Part shown: one piece after another, positions 25,419 through 32,812 of the stretch | Layout: each line of letters opens with the position of its first letter | How positions within the stretch are numbered: position 1 is the first letter of the stretch | Assembly: GCA_041577335.1 (NCBI GenBank) | Contig: JBFGJH010000037.1 | Span: 1 to 32,812, forward strand | DNA: 32,812 nucleotides | Reading direction: 5' to 3' | DNA from: Acidimicrobiia bacterium | GTDB taxonomy: Bacteria > Actinomycetota > Acidimicrobiia > Spongiisociales > JAENVV01 | Translations under genes and position numbers: made by a program | The notes under the pieces: generated by a model | Database searches by the model: none | Seen by the model: only the letters and a program-made list of their open reading frames with translations | What the model was told of the DNA's origin: nothing

Positions 25419-25502
25419 TGGGCGAGGGGGGACTTGAACCCCCACGAGCCAAAGCTCACAGGCACCTGAAGCCTGCGCGTCTGCCAATTCCGCCACTCGC
25501 CC
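25419..25502 (-). tRNA. tRNA-Leu(CAG)
   Basis: GGGCGAG acceptor; anticodon arm CAGGC-TTCAGGT-GCCTG; variable arm; GGTTCAAGTCC; A73. Confidence 0.97.
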
Positions 25503-25586
25503 GAGTGGTGTCCTGATGGACCGGCGTGAGGGGCGGAATCGTACCATGCGGCCTGTAGGGGGTCGATTGCCGATACACTGCCGCGG

Positions 25587-26237
25587 GTGAACCTGGCACG
25601 GAACGCGGAACGCCGTCTCGAGCGCCTCGTCGAGGGGATCGCCGGCCGGATGTTCAAAGGCAACCTTCATCCAGTAGAGCTGGCATCGCGGCTGGTCCGC
25701 GAAGCTGATCTCGCCCTGACGAGCACCGAGATCGGCCCCAGCGCGCCCAACGACTTCACCCTCCGGGTCGCTCCCGGTGCGATCGATGGAGAGCTCCCAC
25801 CGCACATTCTTCCCGAACTCGCCAGAGCAGTCGAGGCATCTGCGATCGACAAGGGTTGGCGTATCGAAGGGCCTGTGCGAGTCACGCTTCTCGAGGATCC
25901 CAAGGTCACGTCCGGTTCCATCCAGTCCGAGACGGGCATCTTCGTGGGACCGCTGCCTGCGTGGGCCGTGCTCGATGGGAAACACGGGCTTTTCGAGCTG
26001 CACCACAACCGATCACTCATCGGGCGCAGTGATCATGCTGACATCCAGATTCCCGAGCCACACGTGAGCCGCCAACACGCAGTGGTATGGCGCGACAGCT
26101 CCGGCTCTTTTGTCGACGACTTTCGATCGGCCAACGGGACAAGGGTGGACGGGACGGCGATCGCCAGTGCTACCGAGCTCGAGGACGGGTCGGTCGTCGC
26201 CTTTGGGTCGTCGTCGTTCACATTCCGGTTGGTGTAG
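25587..26237 (+). CDS. fhaA: FhaA-like protein (DUF3662 + FHA domain)
   Basis: ERRLERLVEG...LHPVELA...APNDF N-domain; FHA motifs IGRS, VSRQHA and SANGT. Confidence 0.9.
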   Translation: MNLARNAERRLERLVEGIAGRMFKGNLHPVELASRLVREADLALTSTEIGPSAPNDFTLRVAPGAIDGELPPHILPELARAVEASAIDKGWRIEGPVRVTLLEDPKVTSGSIQSETGIFVGPLPAWAVLDGKHGLFELHHNRSLIGRSDHADIQIPEPHVSRQHAVVWRDSSGSFVDDFRSANGTRVDGTAIASATELEDGSVVAFGSSSFTFRLV

Positions 26238-26239
26238 CG

Positions 26240-26653
26240 GTGACGGTTGCGGTTCTCTCTGCCCTCAAGCTCGTCTTTGTCGCGTTCCTCTTTGTGTTCG
26301 TGTGGCAAGTCGCCAAAGCCGTCGCCGGACATCTGGGAGGGCTCGAAGCTCGTTCCCGCCGTAGCGCCGGCTCCGAGGTTGTGTTCGTGAAATCCGAGAC
26401 CCAGGCCGGTCTCGACTTCCGTGTGAGCGGAGCGGTCGTTGTCGGGAGATCAGCTCAGGCCGATGTGCTGCTCGACGACCCGTACGCCTCGGAGTTTCAT
26501 ATGCGTTTCACCGCCGAAGGAGACCGGCTCGTCCTCCATGATCTGGGAAGCACCAACGGTACGTATGTCAACGGACGACGGGTGGCGGCCACGGTTACCC
26601 TCAACAAAGGCGATGCCGTCCAGGTTGGCAAGACTGTGATGGAGGTCCGATGA
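26240..26653 (+). CDS. fhaB: FhaB/FipA-like membrane-anchored FHA protein
   Basis: GTG at 26240; TM LKLVFVAFLFVFVWQV; VGRS, DPYASEFH and DLGSTNGTYVNG. Confidence 0.9.
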   Translation: MTVAVLSALKLVFVAFLFVFVWQVAKAVAGHLGGLEARSRRSAGSEVVFVKSETQAGLDFRVSGAVVVGRSAQADVLLDDPYASEFHMRFTAEGDRLVLHDLGSTNGTYVNGRRVAATVTLNKGDAVQVGKTVMEVR

Positions 26654-27360
26654 AGCTCACGTGGGCCACAGGCACCGATACCGGGCGAGTACGGTCGAAC
26701 AACCAGGACTCCGTGTCTCCGCCGCCGGGAACAGATACCTCGACGACGGGGCTCCTCATTGCGGTTGCCGATGGCATGGGAGGGCACGTTGGCGGAGAAA
26801 TCGCCAGCAGCACTGCGCTGGCCGCAGCGCTGTCGACTGACGGGACGCCGCGCGATCGCATCGCCGTGGCCAACCAAGCCGTTCTCGATGCCGTGAGAGC
26901 CGACCATTCTCTCCGGGGAATGGGCACGACATTGACGCTGGCATCGATCTCGAGCGACGGGACTGCGGTGGTCGGCCACGTCGGTGACAGCCGGGCTTAT
27001 CGGGCCCGAGACGGAGAGATCGTGCAACTGACCGCCGACCACACCGTCATCGCCGAGTACCTTGCTTCTGGAAAGATCACCCTCGAACAGGCGAAGCGCC
27101 ATCCGCAGCGAAGCGTGATCACCCGGGCAGTTGGCATCATCGACGACTTGGAAGTCGACGAGTTCGAGGAACGGTTCGTGCCCGGCGATCGTTTGTTGAT
27201 CTGTAGCGACGGACTGACAGCAATGGTTGATGATGCACAGATCCGGCAATTGATCGAAACCCACGCTCCCCAAGAGGCGGTCCGCCGCCTCATCGAGGCT
27301 GCCAACCGGGCCGGCGGGGTGGACAATATCTCCGTAGCGGTGGTCGCGTTCGAGTCATGA
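26650..27360 (+). CDS. pstP: PP2C-family Ser/Thr phosphatase (soluble form)
   Basis: TDTGRVRSNNQD, VADGMGGH, MGTT, HVGDSRAY, LICSDGL and GGVDNIS; ATGA overlap with the upstream gene. Confidence 0.93.
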   Translation: MKLTWATGTDTGRVRSNNQDSVSPPPGTDTSTTGLLIAVADGMGGHVGGEIASSTALAAALSTDGTPRDRIAVANQAVLDAVRADHSLRGMGTTLTLASISSDGTAVVGHVGDSRAYRARDGEIVQLTADHTVIAEYLASGKITLEQAKRHPQRSVITRAVGIIDDLEVDEFEERFVPGDRLLICSDGLTAMVDDAQIRQLIETHAPQEAVRRLIEAANRAGGVDNISVAVVAFES

Positions 27361-28652
27361 ACCGCACTGCCGAGGCGGTGCTCCTCGCCGGCGCAGCCGC
27401 GATCGCCGGGTTGGGCGTGACACTCGTGAATCTGGCCCGGGGTGGCGGCGTCGACGCCGATGTCGGCCTCACCATCGTCGTCTTCGTTTTGGCGTTTGGT
27501 GGCTTGCATATGGCAATGCGAGCGTGGGCACCCCGATCCAGTCCCTACCTACTCCCAATCGCCAGCCTCCTGGCGGTCATCGGTTTTGTGGAGGTGTACC
27601 GCCTCGACGATCGGTTGGCCGATCTCCAGCGGTGGTGGATTCTCATTGGAGCTTTCCTGGCGGCGACGCTGGTGTTCAGCCTGCGCAACGCCGGCACCGA
27701 GGTGCTGCGAAGGTATCGGTATCTGCTGCTGATCACGTCGTTGGCAGTGTTGTTGCTGCCCCTCCTGCCGCTGAATTGGTCGTTCCCCTTGCGGGGACGA
27801 CTCGTCAACGGGTCACGACTGTGGGTCGCCCTCGACCTGGGCTTTCTGGAGATCCAGTTTCAGCCCGGCGAGCTGGCCAAGATTCTGCTCGTGGCCTTTC
27901 TGGCCAGTTTCCTCGCAGAACGCCAACAAGCGCTCTCGCTGATGACGCGCAAGATCGGTCGCTTCTCGGTGCCCGAGCCTCGTCAAACAGTGCCGATTCT
28001 CCTGGCGTGGATCGCCAGCTTCGCCGTACTCGTCTATCAGCGAGACCTCGGAGCATCGTTGCTTCTCTTCGCCAGTCTGGTGGCGATGGTCTACGCCGCC
28101 ACCGGACGCGCGTCGTATCTCATGGCAGGCGGCGGTCTCTTTGCGATCGGCGGCCTCGTCGCTGCGCGGTTGTTCTCGCACGTCGAATCGAGAGTCCAAG
28201 CCTGGCTGACACCGTTCGACTACTACGACACCACGGGATACCAGATCGCACAGGGTCTCTTCGCCATGGGCTCCGGCAGCCTGTCAGGTTCCGGCCTCGG
28301 ATTGGGCCGACCCGACGTCATACCCTTCGCCAGCACCGACTTTGTCTTCGCCGCAGTTGGTGAAGAGCTCGGCTTGGCGGGGTCGGTCATCGTCATCAGC
28401 CTGTTCGCGCTGCTCGTGGCGGTCGGCTTTGGCATTGCCCTGCGTAGCCGTGATTTGTTCCGCAAGCTGCTCGCCGCCGGCCTGATCTTCGCCGTGGGCC
28501 TGCAAGCACTCCTGATCATCGGCGGCGTAGTCCGACTGTTCCCTCTGACTGGCATCACGCTTCCGTTCATGTCGTACGGGGGATCGTCGCTGCTCGCCAA
28601 CTTCCTGATCATCGCTCTGCTCGCTCGAGTGTCACATGAGGAGCGAGTATGA
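27357..28652 (+). CDS. rodA: SEDS-family peptidoglycan polymerase RodA
   Basis: QPGELAK, QRDLG, TDFVFAAVGEELG and PLTGITLPFMSYGGSS; operon context. Confidence 0.95.
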   Translation: MNRTAEAVLLAGAAAIAGLGVTLVNLARGGGVDADVGLTIVVFVLAFGGLHMAMRAWAPRSSPYLLPIASLLAVIGFVEVYRLDDRLADLQRWWILIGAFLAATLVFSLRNAGTEVLRRYRYLLLITSLAVLLLPLLPLNWSFPLRGRLVNGSRLWVALDLGFLEIQFQPGELAKILLVAFLASFLAERQQALSLMTRKIGRFSVPEPRQTVPILLAWIASFAVLVYQRDLGASLLLFASLVAMVYAATGRASYLMAGGGLFAIGGLVAARLFSHVESRVQAWLTPFDYYDTTGYQIAQGLFAMGSGSLSGSGLGLGRPDVIPFASTDFVFAAVGEELGLAGSVIVISLFALLVAVGFGIALRSRDLFRKLLAAGLIFAVGLQALLIIGGVVRLFPLTGITLPFMSYGGSSLLANFLIIALLARVSHEERV

Positions 28653-30103
28653 ACGGGCCCATCCGTCGACTAGCTCTGGCTATCTTCGTGGGTTTGGCGC
28701 TGCTCCTCGCCAATGTCACCTACATCCAGTTGGCTCGCGGACCTGAGTATCGGGATGACCCCCGAAATCCACGAGTGCTGCTCGCCCGAAGCTCCAAGGA
28801 GCGGGGAACGATCGTCGATCGCTCAGGCAAGATCCTCGCCCGCTCGGTGCAAGACCCCCTTGCCCAAGGTGGGTTCATCCGCCGGTACCCGCAAGGCGCC
28901 GACACCGTGCATGCGGTGGGCTATTCATCCCTGCTCTTTGGCGATCGCGGCTTGGAGAGGGCCTACGCGTCCGAGCTCCGGTCCAAGGAAGACGTCACCA
29001 TCTCCGACATGGTCGCGGCGTTGCTCGGTCGCGACCTCAGGCCACAGAGTCTCGTATCTACGATCGACCTGGACATTCAGCGAATCGCCACCGAGCAGAT
29101 GGATGGCGTCGAAGGTGCGATCGTGGCGCTCGACCCGGCGACCGGCGAGATCGTTGCCTATGTATCGCACCCAGATTTCGACCCTGCTCCGCTTCTCGAT
29201 GCGACGTCCGCGCCAGCCGGCGACGCACTCGAGGCCGACCCCGATCAACCACTGCTAGACCGGGTCGTTGCGGAGACCTACCCGCCCGGCTCGACCTTCA
29301 AGATCGTCACGTTGGCCGCGGCTCTCGAGAACGGTGTCGCCAGCCCCGAGACACCATTCGACGATCCTGTGGAATTCGACCTGCCCGGCTCGACGGCGAC
29401 CATCCGCAACTTCGACCGAAGCACGTGTGCTGGGGGCGGCGAGGTCGAGTTGGCAGTCGCATTTACCCGCTCGTGCAATACCGTATTCGCCGACCTGGGA
29501 ATCCAGGTGGGAGCCGACCGTATGGTCCAACAGGCCGAATTGTTCGGATTCGGGGACCCCGTGCCGTTCATCTATGACGTTGTCGCGTCGACGATCCCCA
29601 GCGCAGACAACTTCACCAACAACGAGGCCGCTTTGGGTCAGAGCGCCATCGGCCAGCGTGACGTGCGGGCGACTCCCCTGCAAATGGCCCAAGTTGCCGC
29701 GGCCATAGCCAACGGGGGCGTCCCAATGCAGCCGCAGCTGGTACGCGAAATCGTCGACGCCGACGGAGCGACGATCAGCACCACCGAGCCAGTTCCTGGC
29801 CCCCGGGCGGTGTCCGAGGACACAGCCGCGGTTCTCACCGAGCTCATGATCGACGTCGTCGAGAACGGGACGGGCCGGAACGCTTCCGTTGCCGGGCTGA
29901 CCGTGGCTGGCAAGACGGGAACTGCCGAGACCGAGACCGGGCCACCGCACGCCTGGTTTGTTGGGTTCGCCAACGACGGAGCTCGCATTCTGGCGATTGC
30001 TGTCGTAGTGGCTGACGGAGGATCCCTTGGCGACGAGGCGACGGGAGGATCGGTCGCAGCGCCGATCGCTCGCGCCGTCTTCGAAGGATGGTCTCAACAG
30101 TGA
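28649..30103 (+). CDS. pbpA: Class B penicillin-binding protein PbpA
   Basis: YPPGSTFK (SxxK), SCN (SxN) and GKTGTAE (KTG). Confidence 0.95.
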   Translation: MNGPIRRLALAIFVGLALLLANVTYIQLARGPEYRDDPRNPRVLLARSSKERGTIVDRSGKILARSVQDPLAQGGFIRRYPQGADTVHAVGYSSLLFGDRGLERAYASELRSKEDVTISDMVAALLGRDLRPQSLVSTIDLDIQRIATEQMDGVEGAIVALDPATGEIVAYVSHPDFDPAPLLDATSAPAGDALEADPDQPLLDRVVAETYPPGSTFKIVTLAAALENGVASPETPFDDPVEFDLPGSTATIRNFDRSTCAGGGEVELAVAFTRSCNTVFADLGIQVGADRMVQQAELFGFGDPVPFIYDVVASTIPSADNFTNNEAALGQSAIGQRDVRATPLQMAQVAAAIANGGVPMQPQLVREIVDADGATISTTEPVPGPRAVSEDTAAVLTELMIDVVENGTGRNASVAGLTVAGKTGTAETETGPPHAWFVGFANDGARILAIAVVVADGGSLGDEATGGSVAAPIARAVFEGWSQQ

Positions 30104-30123
30104 GTGGTCCTACAATCCGCCCG

Positions 30124-32082
30124 ATGGAATCCGGCCGATTGCTCGCGGAGCGGTATGAACTCATCTCGCACATCGCCCGCGGGGGGATGGCCGACGTCTG
30201 GGAGGCGCGTGACACCCTTCTGAACCGCCGAGTGGCGGTGAAGTTGCTTCACCAACAACTGAGCGACGACCGCGCCTTCGTCGAGCGCTTCCGTCGCGAA
30301 GCGCGTGCTGCAGCCAACCTTTCTCATCCCAATATCGTCTCGATTTACGACTGGGGCGAAGAGGGATCGACCTATTTCATCGTCATGGAGCTCATCGATG
30401 GCCGCTCGCTACGGGACATCATCAAGAGCGAGGGAGCCTTGCTCCCGCGACGTGCCGCAGAAATCGCCGCAGAAATCGCTGCCGCCCTCTCGGTCGCCCA
30501 TCGCGAAGGAATCATCCATCGCGACACCAAGCCGGCCAACGTGTTGCTTGCTGCCGACGGAACCGTGAAGGTCACCGACTTCGGCATCGCCAGAGCATGG
30601 AACGACTCGGAGGAGTTGACCCGTACCGGCGCAGTCATCGGGACCGCAACGTACTTCAGCCCCGAACAAGCGCGTGGCGACCCGGCGGACGAACGGTCCG
30701 ACATCTATTCGCTGGGCGTCGTTTTGTACGAAATGCTGACCGGCCTCCCACCGTTTACCGGCGACAGCCCGGTGTCGATCGCCTATCAGCACGTGCAGGA
30801 GCCGGCGATGCTCCCCTCGGCGGACAATCCAGACATCCCCCATGATCTCGAACGAATCGTGATGCGAGCGATGGACAAGACTCCGGAGCTCAGATACCAG
30901 ACCGCGCTCGATGTGCGAGAGGATCTGCTGCGGACCCTGCGCGGAGCTGAACCGATCGGCGCGGCGCCTCCGTTGGCGGACCGCCCGACTCAGGTTCTTC
31001 AGGAAACGCCCGCTCCAGCGCCTACGGTGCCTCCCGACGAAACCTATCGCCAGATCGCTCCAGAACCAAGCAGTCAAATGCCGTTCTACGCCACCGTGGG
31101 GATCCTGGTCGTCTCCCTCGTGGTTCTCCTCGTCATCCTGTTCCAGAGCTTCGGTGGCGACTCGACACCAGTCATCGACGACGTTCAAGTTCCCAATGTC
31201 GTCGGCCTGGAACAGCTCGCGGCCGTTAACCGCCTCGAACAGGCCAACCTCCGGGCCAATGTCATCCCGACTGCCAGCGCCGAAGTCGAGATCGGCCTGG
31301 TGGTGGCGACACGCCCCGAAGCGGGCACGCTCGTAGCCGAGAACGAGTTCATCGACGTCATCGTGTCGACAGGCCCCCAAGACGTACAGGTCCCTGGTGT
31401 GGTGGGCGTGTCTCTCGACGTCGCAGAGGATCGGCTGACCAGGCTGAACCTGGAGGTCGGCGAGATCACCGAACAAGCATCCGAGGATGTCGAAGAAGGC
31501 TTTGTGATCGCGCAGAACCCCGCCGAAGGCGAGCTCGTCCCCCCAGAGAGCAGTATCGATCTGATCGTGTCGACGGGCCCTGAGGCTCTCGTTCTCGAGG
31601 ATTACCGGGGGCGATCCCAACGCGAGGTTCAAACGTTGCTGGAAGAAGCCGGTTTGACGGTCGAGATCGTCATGGAATTTGATGACTCGGTGGCGCCCGG
31701 ATTCGTGACGAGGACACGACCAGGGCCAGGCACAGAAGTGGAGGCCGGTGACTCCGTAACCGTGTTCGTTTCCGAAGGTCCCGAGCCGGTAGCACTGCCC
31801 AGCCTGATCGGACGGGACGAAGCACAGGCACGAGCTCTCGTGGAATCGCTCGGCCTCATCCTTCAAGTCAGTGCCGGAACCGTCGACGCCGGCCCCGATT
31901 TGGCCGGGCTCATCGCCGAACAGTTCCCCGATGCCGGCACGAGTATGTTGCCGGGCGAGATCGTCGTGGTGACCCTCGGCGCCGAAGTGGTAACCACGAC
32001 GACCACGACCACCACGACCACTACCACCACCGTTCCTCCCACAACGACCCCGGCGCCGACGACAACCGCTCCGGCGACGTGA
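30124..32082 (+). CDS. pknB: PASTA-domain Ser/Thr kinase
   Basis: ARGGMADV, VAVK, HRDTKPAN, DFGIA, GTATYFSPEQ; TM; four PASTA repeats; Thr-rich tail. Alternative starts at 30088 and 30100. Confidence 0.96.
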   Translation: MESGRLLAERYELISHIARGGMADVWEARDTLLNRRVAVKLLHQQLSDDRAFVERFRREARAAANLSHPNIVSIYDWGEEGSTYFIVMELIDGRSLRDIIKSEGALLPRRAAEIAAEIAAALSVAHREGIIHRDTKPANVLLAADGTVKVTDFGIARAWNDSEELTRTGAVIGTATYFSPEQARGDPADERSDIYSLGVVLYEMLTGLPPFTGDSPVSIAYQHVQEPAMLPSADNPDIPHDLERIVMRAMDKTPELRYQTALDVREDLLRTLRGAEPIGAAPPLADRPTQVLQETPAPAPTVPPDETYRQIAPEPSSQMPFYATVGILVVSLVVLLVILFQSFGGDSTPVIDDVQVPNVVGLEQLAAVNRLEQANLRANVIPTASAEVEIGLVVATRPEAGTLVAENEFIDVIVSTGPQDVQVPGVVGVSLDVAEDRLTRLNLEVGEITEQASEDVEEGFVIAQNPAEGELVPPESSIDLIVSTGPEALVLEDYRGRSQREVQTLLEEAGLTVEIVMEFDDSVAPGFVTRTRPGPGTEVEAGDSVTVFVSEGPEPVALPSLIGRDEAQARALVESLGLILQVSAGTVDAGPDLAGLIAEQFPDAGTSMLPGEIVVVTLGAEVVTTTTTTTTTTTTTVPPTTTPAPTTTAPAT

Positions 32083-32812
32083 GCGGGGCTCGCAACCGAG
32101 CCCTTCTCGACTGGTATCGGGTCAACCGAAGGCCACTTCCCTGGCGCACGGGCGTCGAGCCGTGGCCGATTCTCGTTGCAGAAGTCATGGCCCAGCAGAC
32201 GCAGGTAGGCCGCGTTGCGCCCAGATTCGAGGCCTTCATGGAGCGGTATCCAACTCCTGATGCTTTCGCCGGCGCCAGCGACCTGGACGCCCTGGCCGTG
32301 TGGGCGGGCCTCGGATACAACTCCCGGGCATTGCGACTTCGCGGCGCCGCCCGAGCGGTCAGCGCCGACGGATGGCCGGACACCCCCGAGGGCCTCGCTC
32401 AGCTCCCCGGCGTTGGCCCATACACGGCCGCGGCGGTTGCCTGTTTTGCGTTCGGACACGATGTTCCGGCGGTGGACACCAACCTCCGCCGGGTGCTCAG
32501 CCGGTGGGAGGGCAGGCCATTGGCGGGCATCGAACTCCAAGAGGTCTCCGCAGAGTGCCTGGCGATCGGGGAGGCCGCGGACTGGAACCAGGCCGTCATG
32601 GACCTCGGGGCGTTGCTGTGCACACCTCAGCAGCCGGATTGTTCCCATTGCCCAGTCGCAACGTGGTGCGTCGACCCGGGGGTCTACCAGCCGGCGCCCA
32701 GACAGGGCGCCTGGGTTGGCTCCAACCGACAAGCTCGCGGAGCGATCGTCCGTGCGCTTCTGCGCGGGCCGCACACAACCCAGGAACTGGTGGAAAGCAC
32801 CGCTCTCGACGC
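32079..32812 (+). CDS. mutY: A/G-specific adenine glycosylase; runs off the right edge
   Basis: Not in the ORF track. GTG overlaps the pknB TGA. Reads LLDWY...RPLPWR...EVMAQQTQVGRV, WAGLGYNSRA, LPGVGPYTA, VDTN, NQAVMDLGALLC and the Fe-S motif CTPQQPDCSHCPVATWC. Confidence 0.93.
   Translation, partial: MSGARNRALLDWYRVNRRPLPWRTGVEPWPILVAEVMAQQTQVGRVAPRFEAFMERYPTPDAFAGASDLDALAVWAGLGYNSRALRLRGAARAVSADGWPDTPEGLAQLPGVGPYTAAAVACFAFGHDVPAVDTNLRRVLSRWEGRPLAGIELQEVSAECLAIGEAADWNQAVMDLGALLCTPQQPDCSHCPVATWCVDPGVYQPAPRQGAWVGSNRQARGAIVRALLRGPHTTQELVESTALD

Noticed and set aside
30409..31866. 485-aa minus-strand ORF
   Set aside because: Antisense shadow of pknB.
31863..32774. 303-aa minus-strand ORF with a poly-Val run
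   Set aside because: Antisense of the pknB poly-Thr tail and of mutY.

Overview
A GC-rich actinobacterial chromosome segment; the gene styles suggest Acidimicrobiia or another deep-branching lineage, which is an inference. It is mostly core genome, with no transposase, integrase, cas gene or CRISPR array. From left to right it contains: the edge of a myo-inositol locus (sugar-binding lipoprotein and iolB, sharing a LacI-type operator); glmS preceded by a clear glmS ribozyme; a USP and a D-2-hydroxyacid dehydrogenase; a 1129-aa FG-GAP/ASPIC/SdrD-B surface protein; typA; a mycoredoxin-like gene with arsI/cadI and arsR; a PKD/Big_9 secreted protein; three tRNA-Ser genes with tadA, a truncated globin, a PAC2 protein, a glucose/sorbosone dehydrogenase and a sulfotransferase between them; a large (Alu-domain) SRP RNA; a menG/ubiE-like methyltransferase; serS; an aldo-keto reductase remnant; tRNA-Leu(CAG); and the fhaA-fhaB-pstP-rodA-pbpA-pknB operon followed by mutY. 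The least explained signal is non-coding. A modular family of hairpin repeats with compensatory base changes trails all three CCA-less tRNA-Ser genes and recurs upstream of serS. There are also heptamer tandem tracts and a 144-bp inverted-repeat element.
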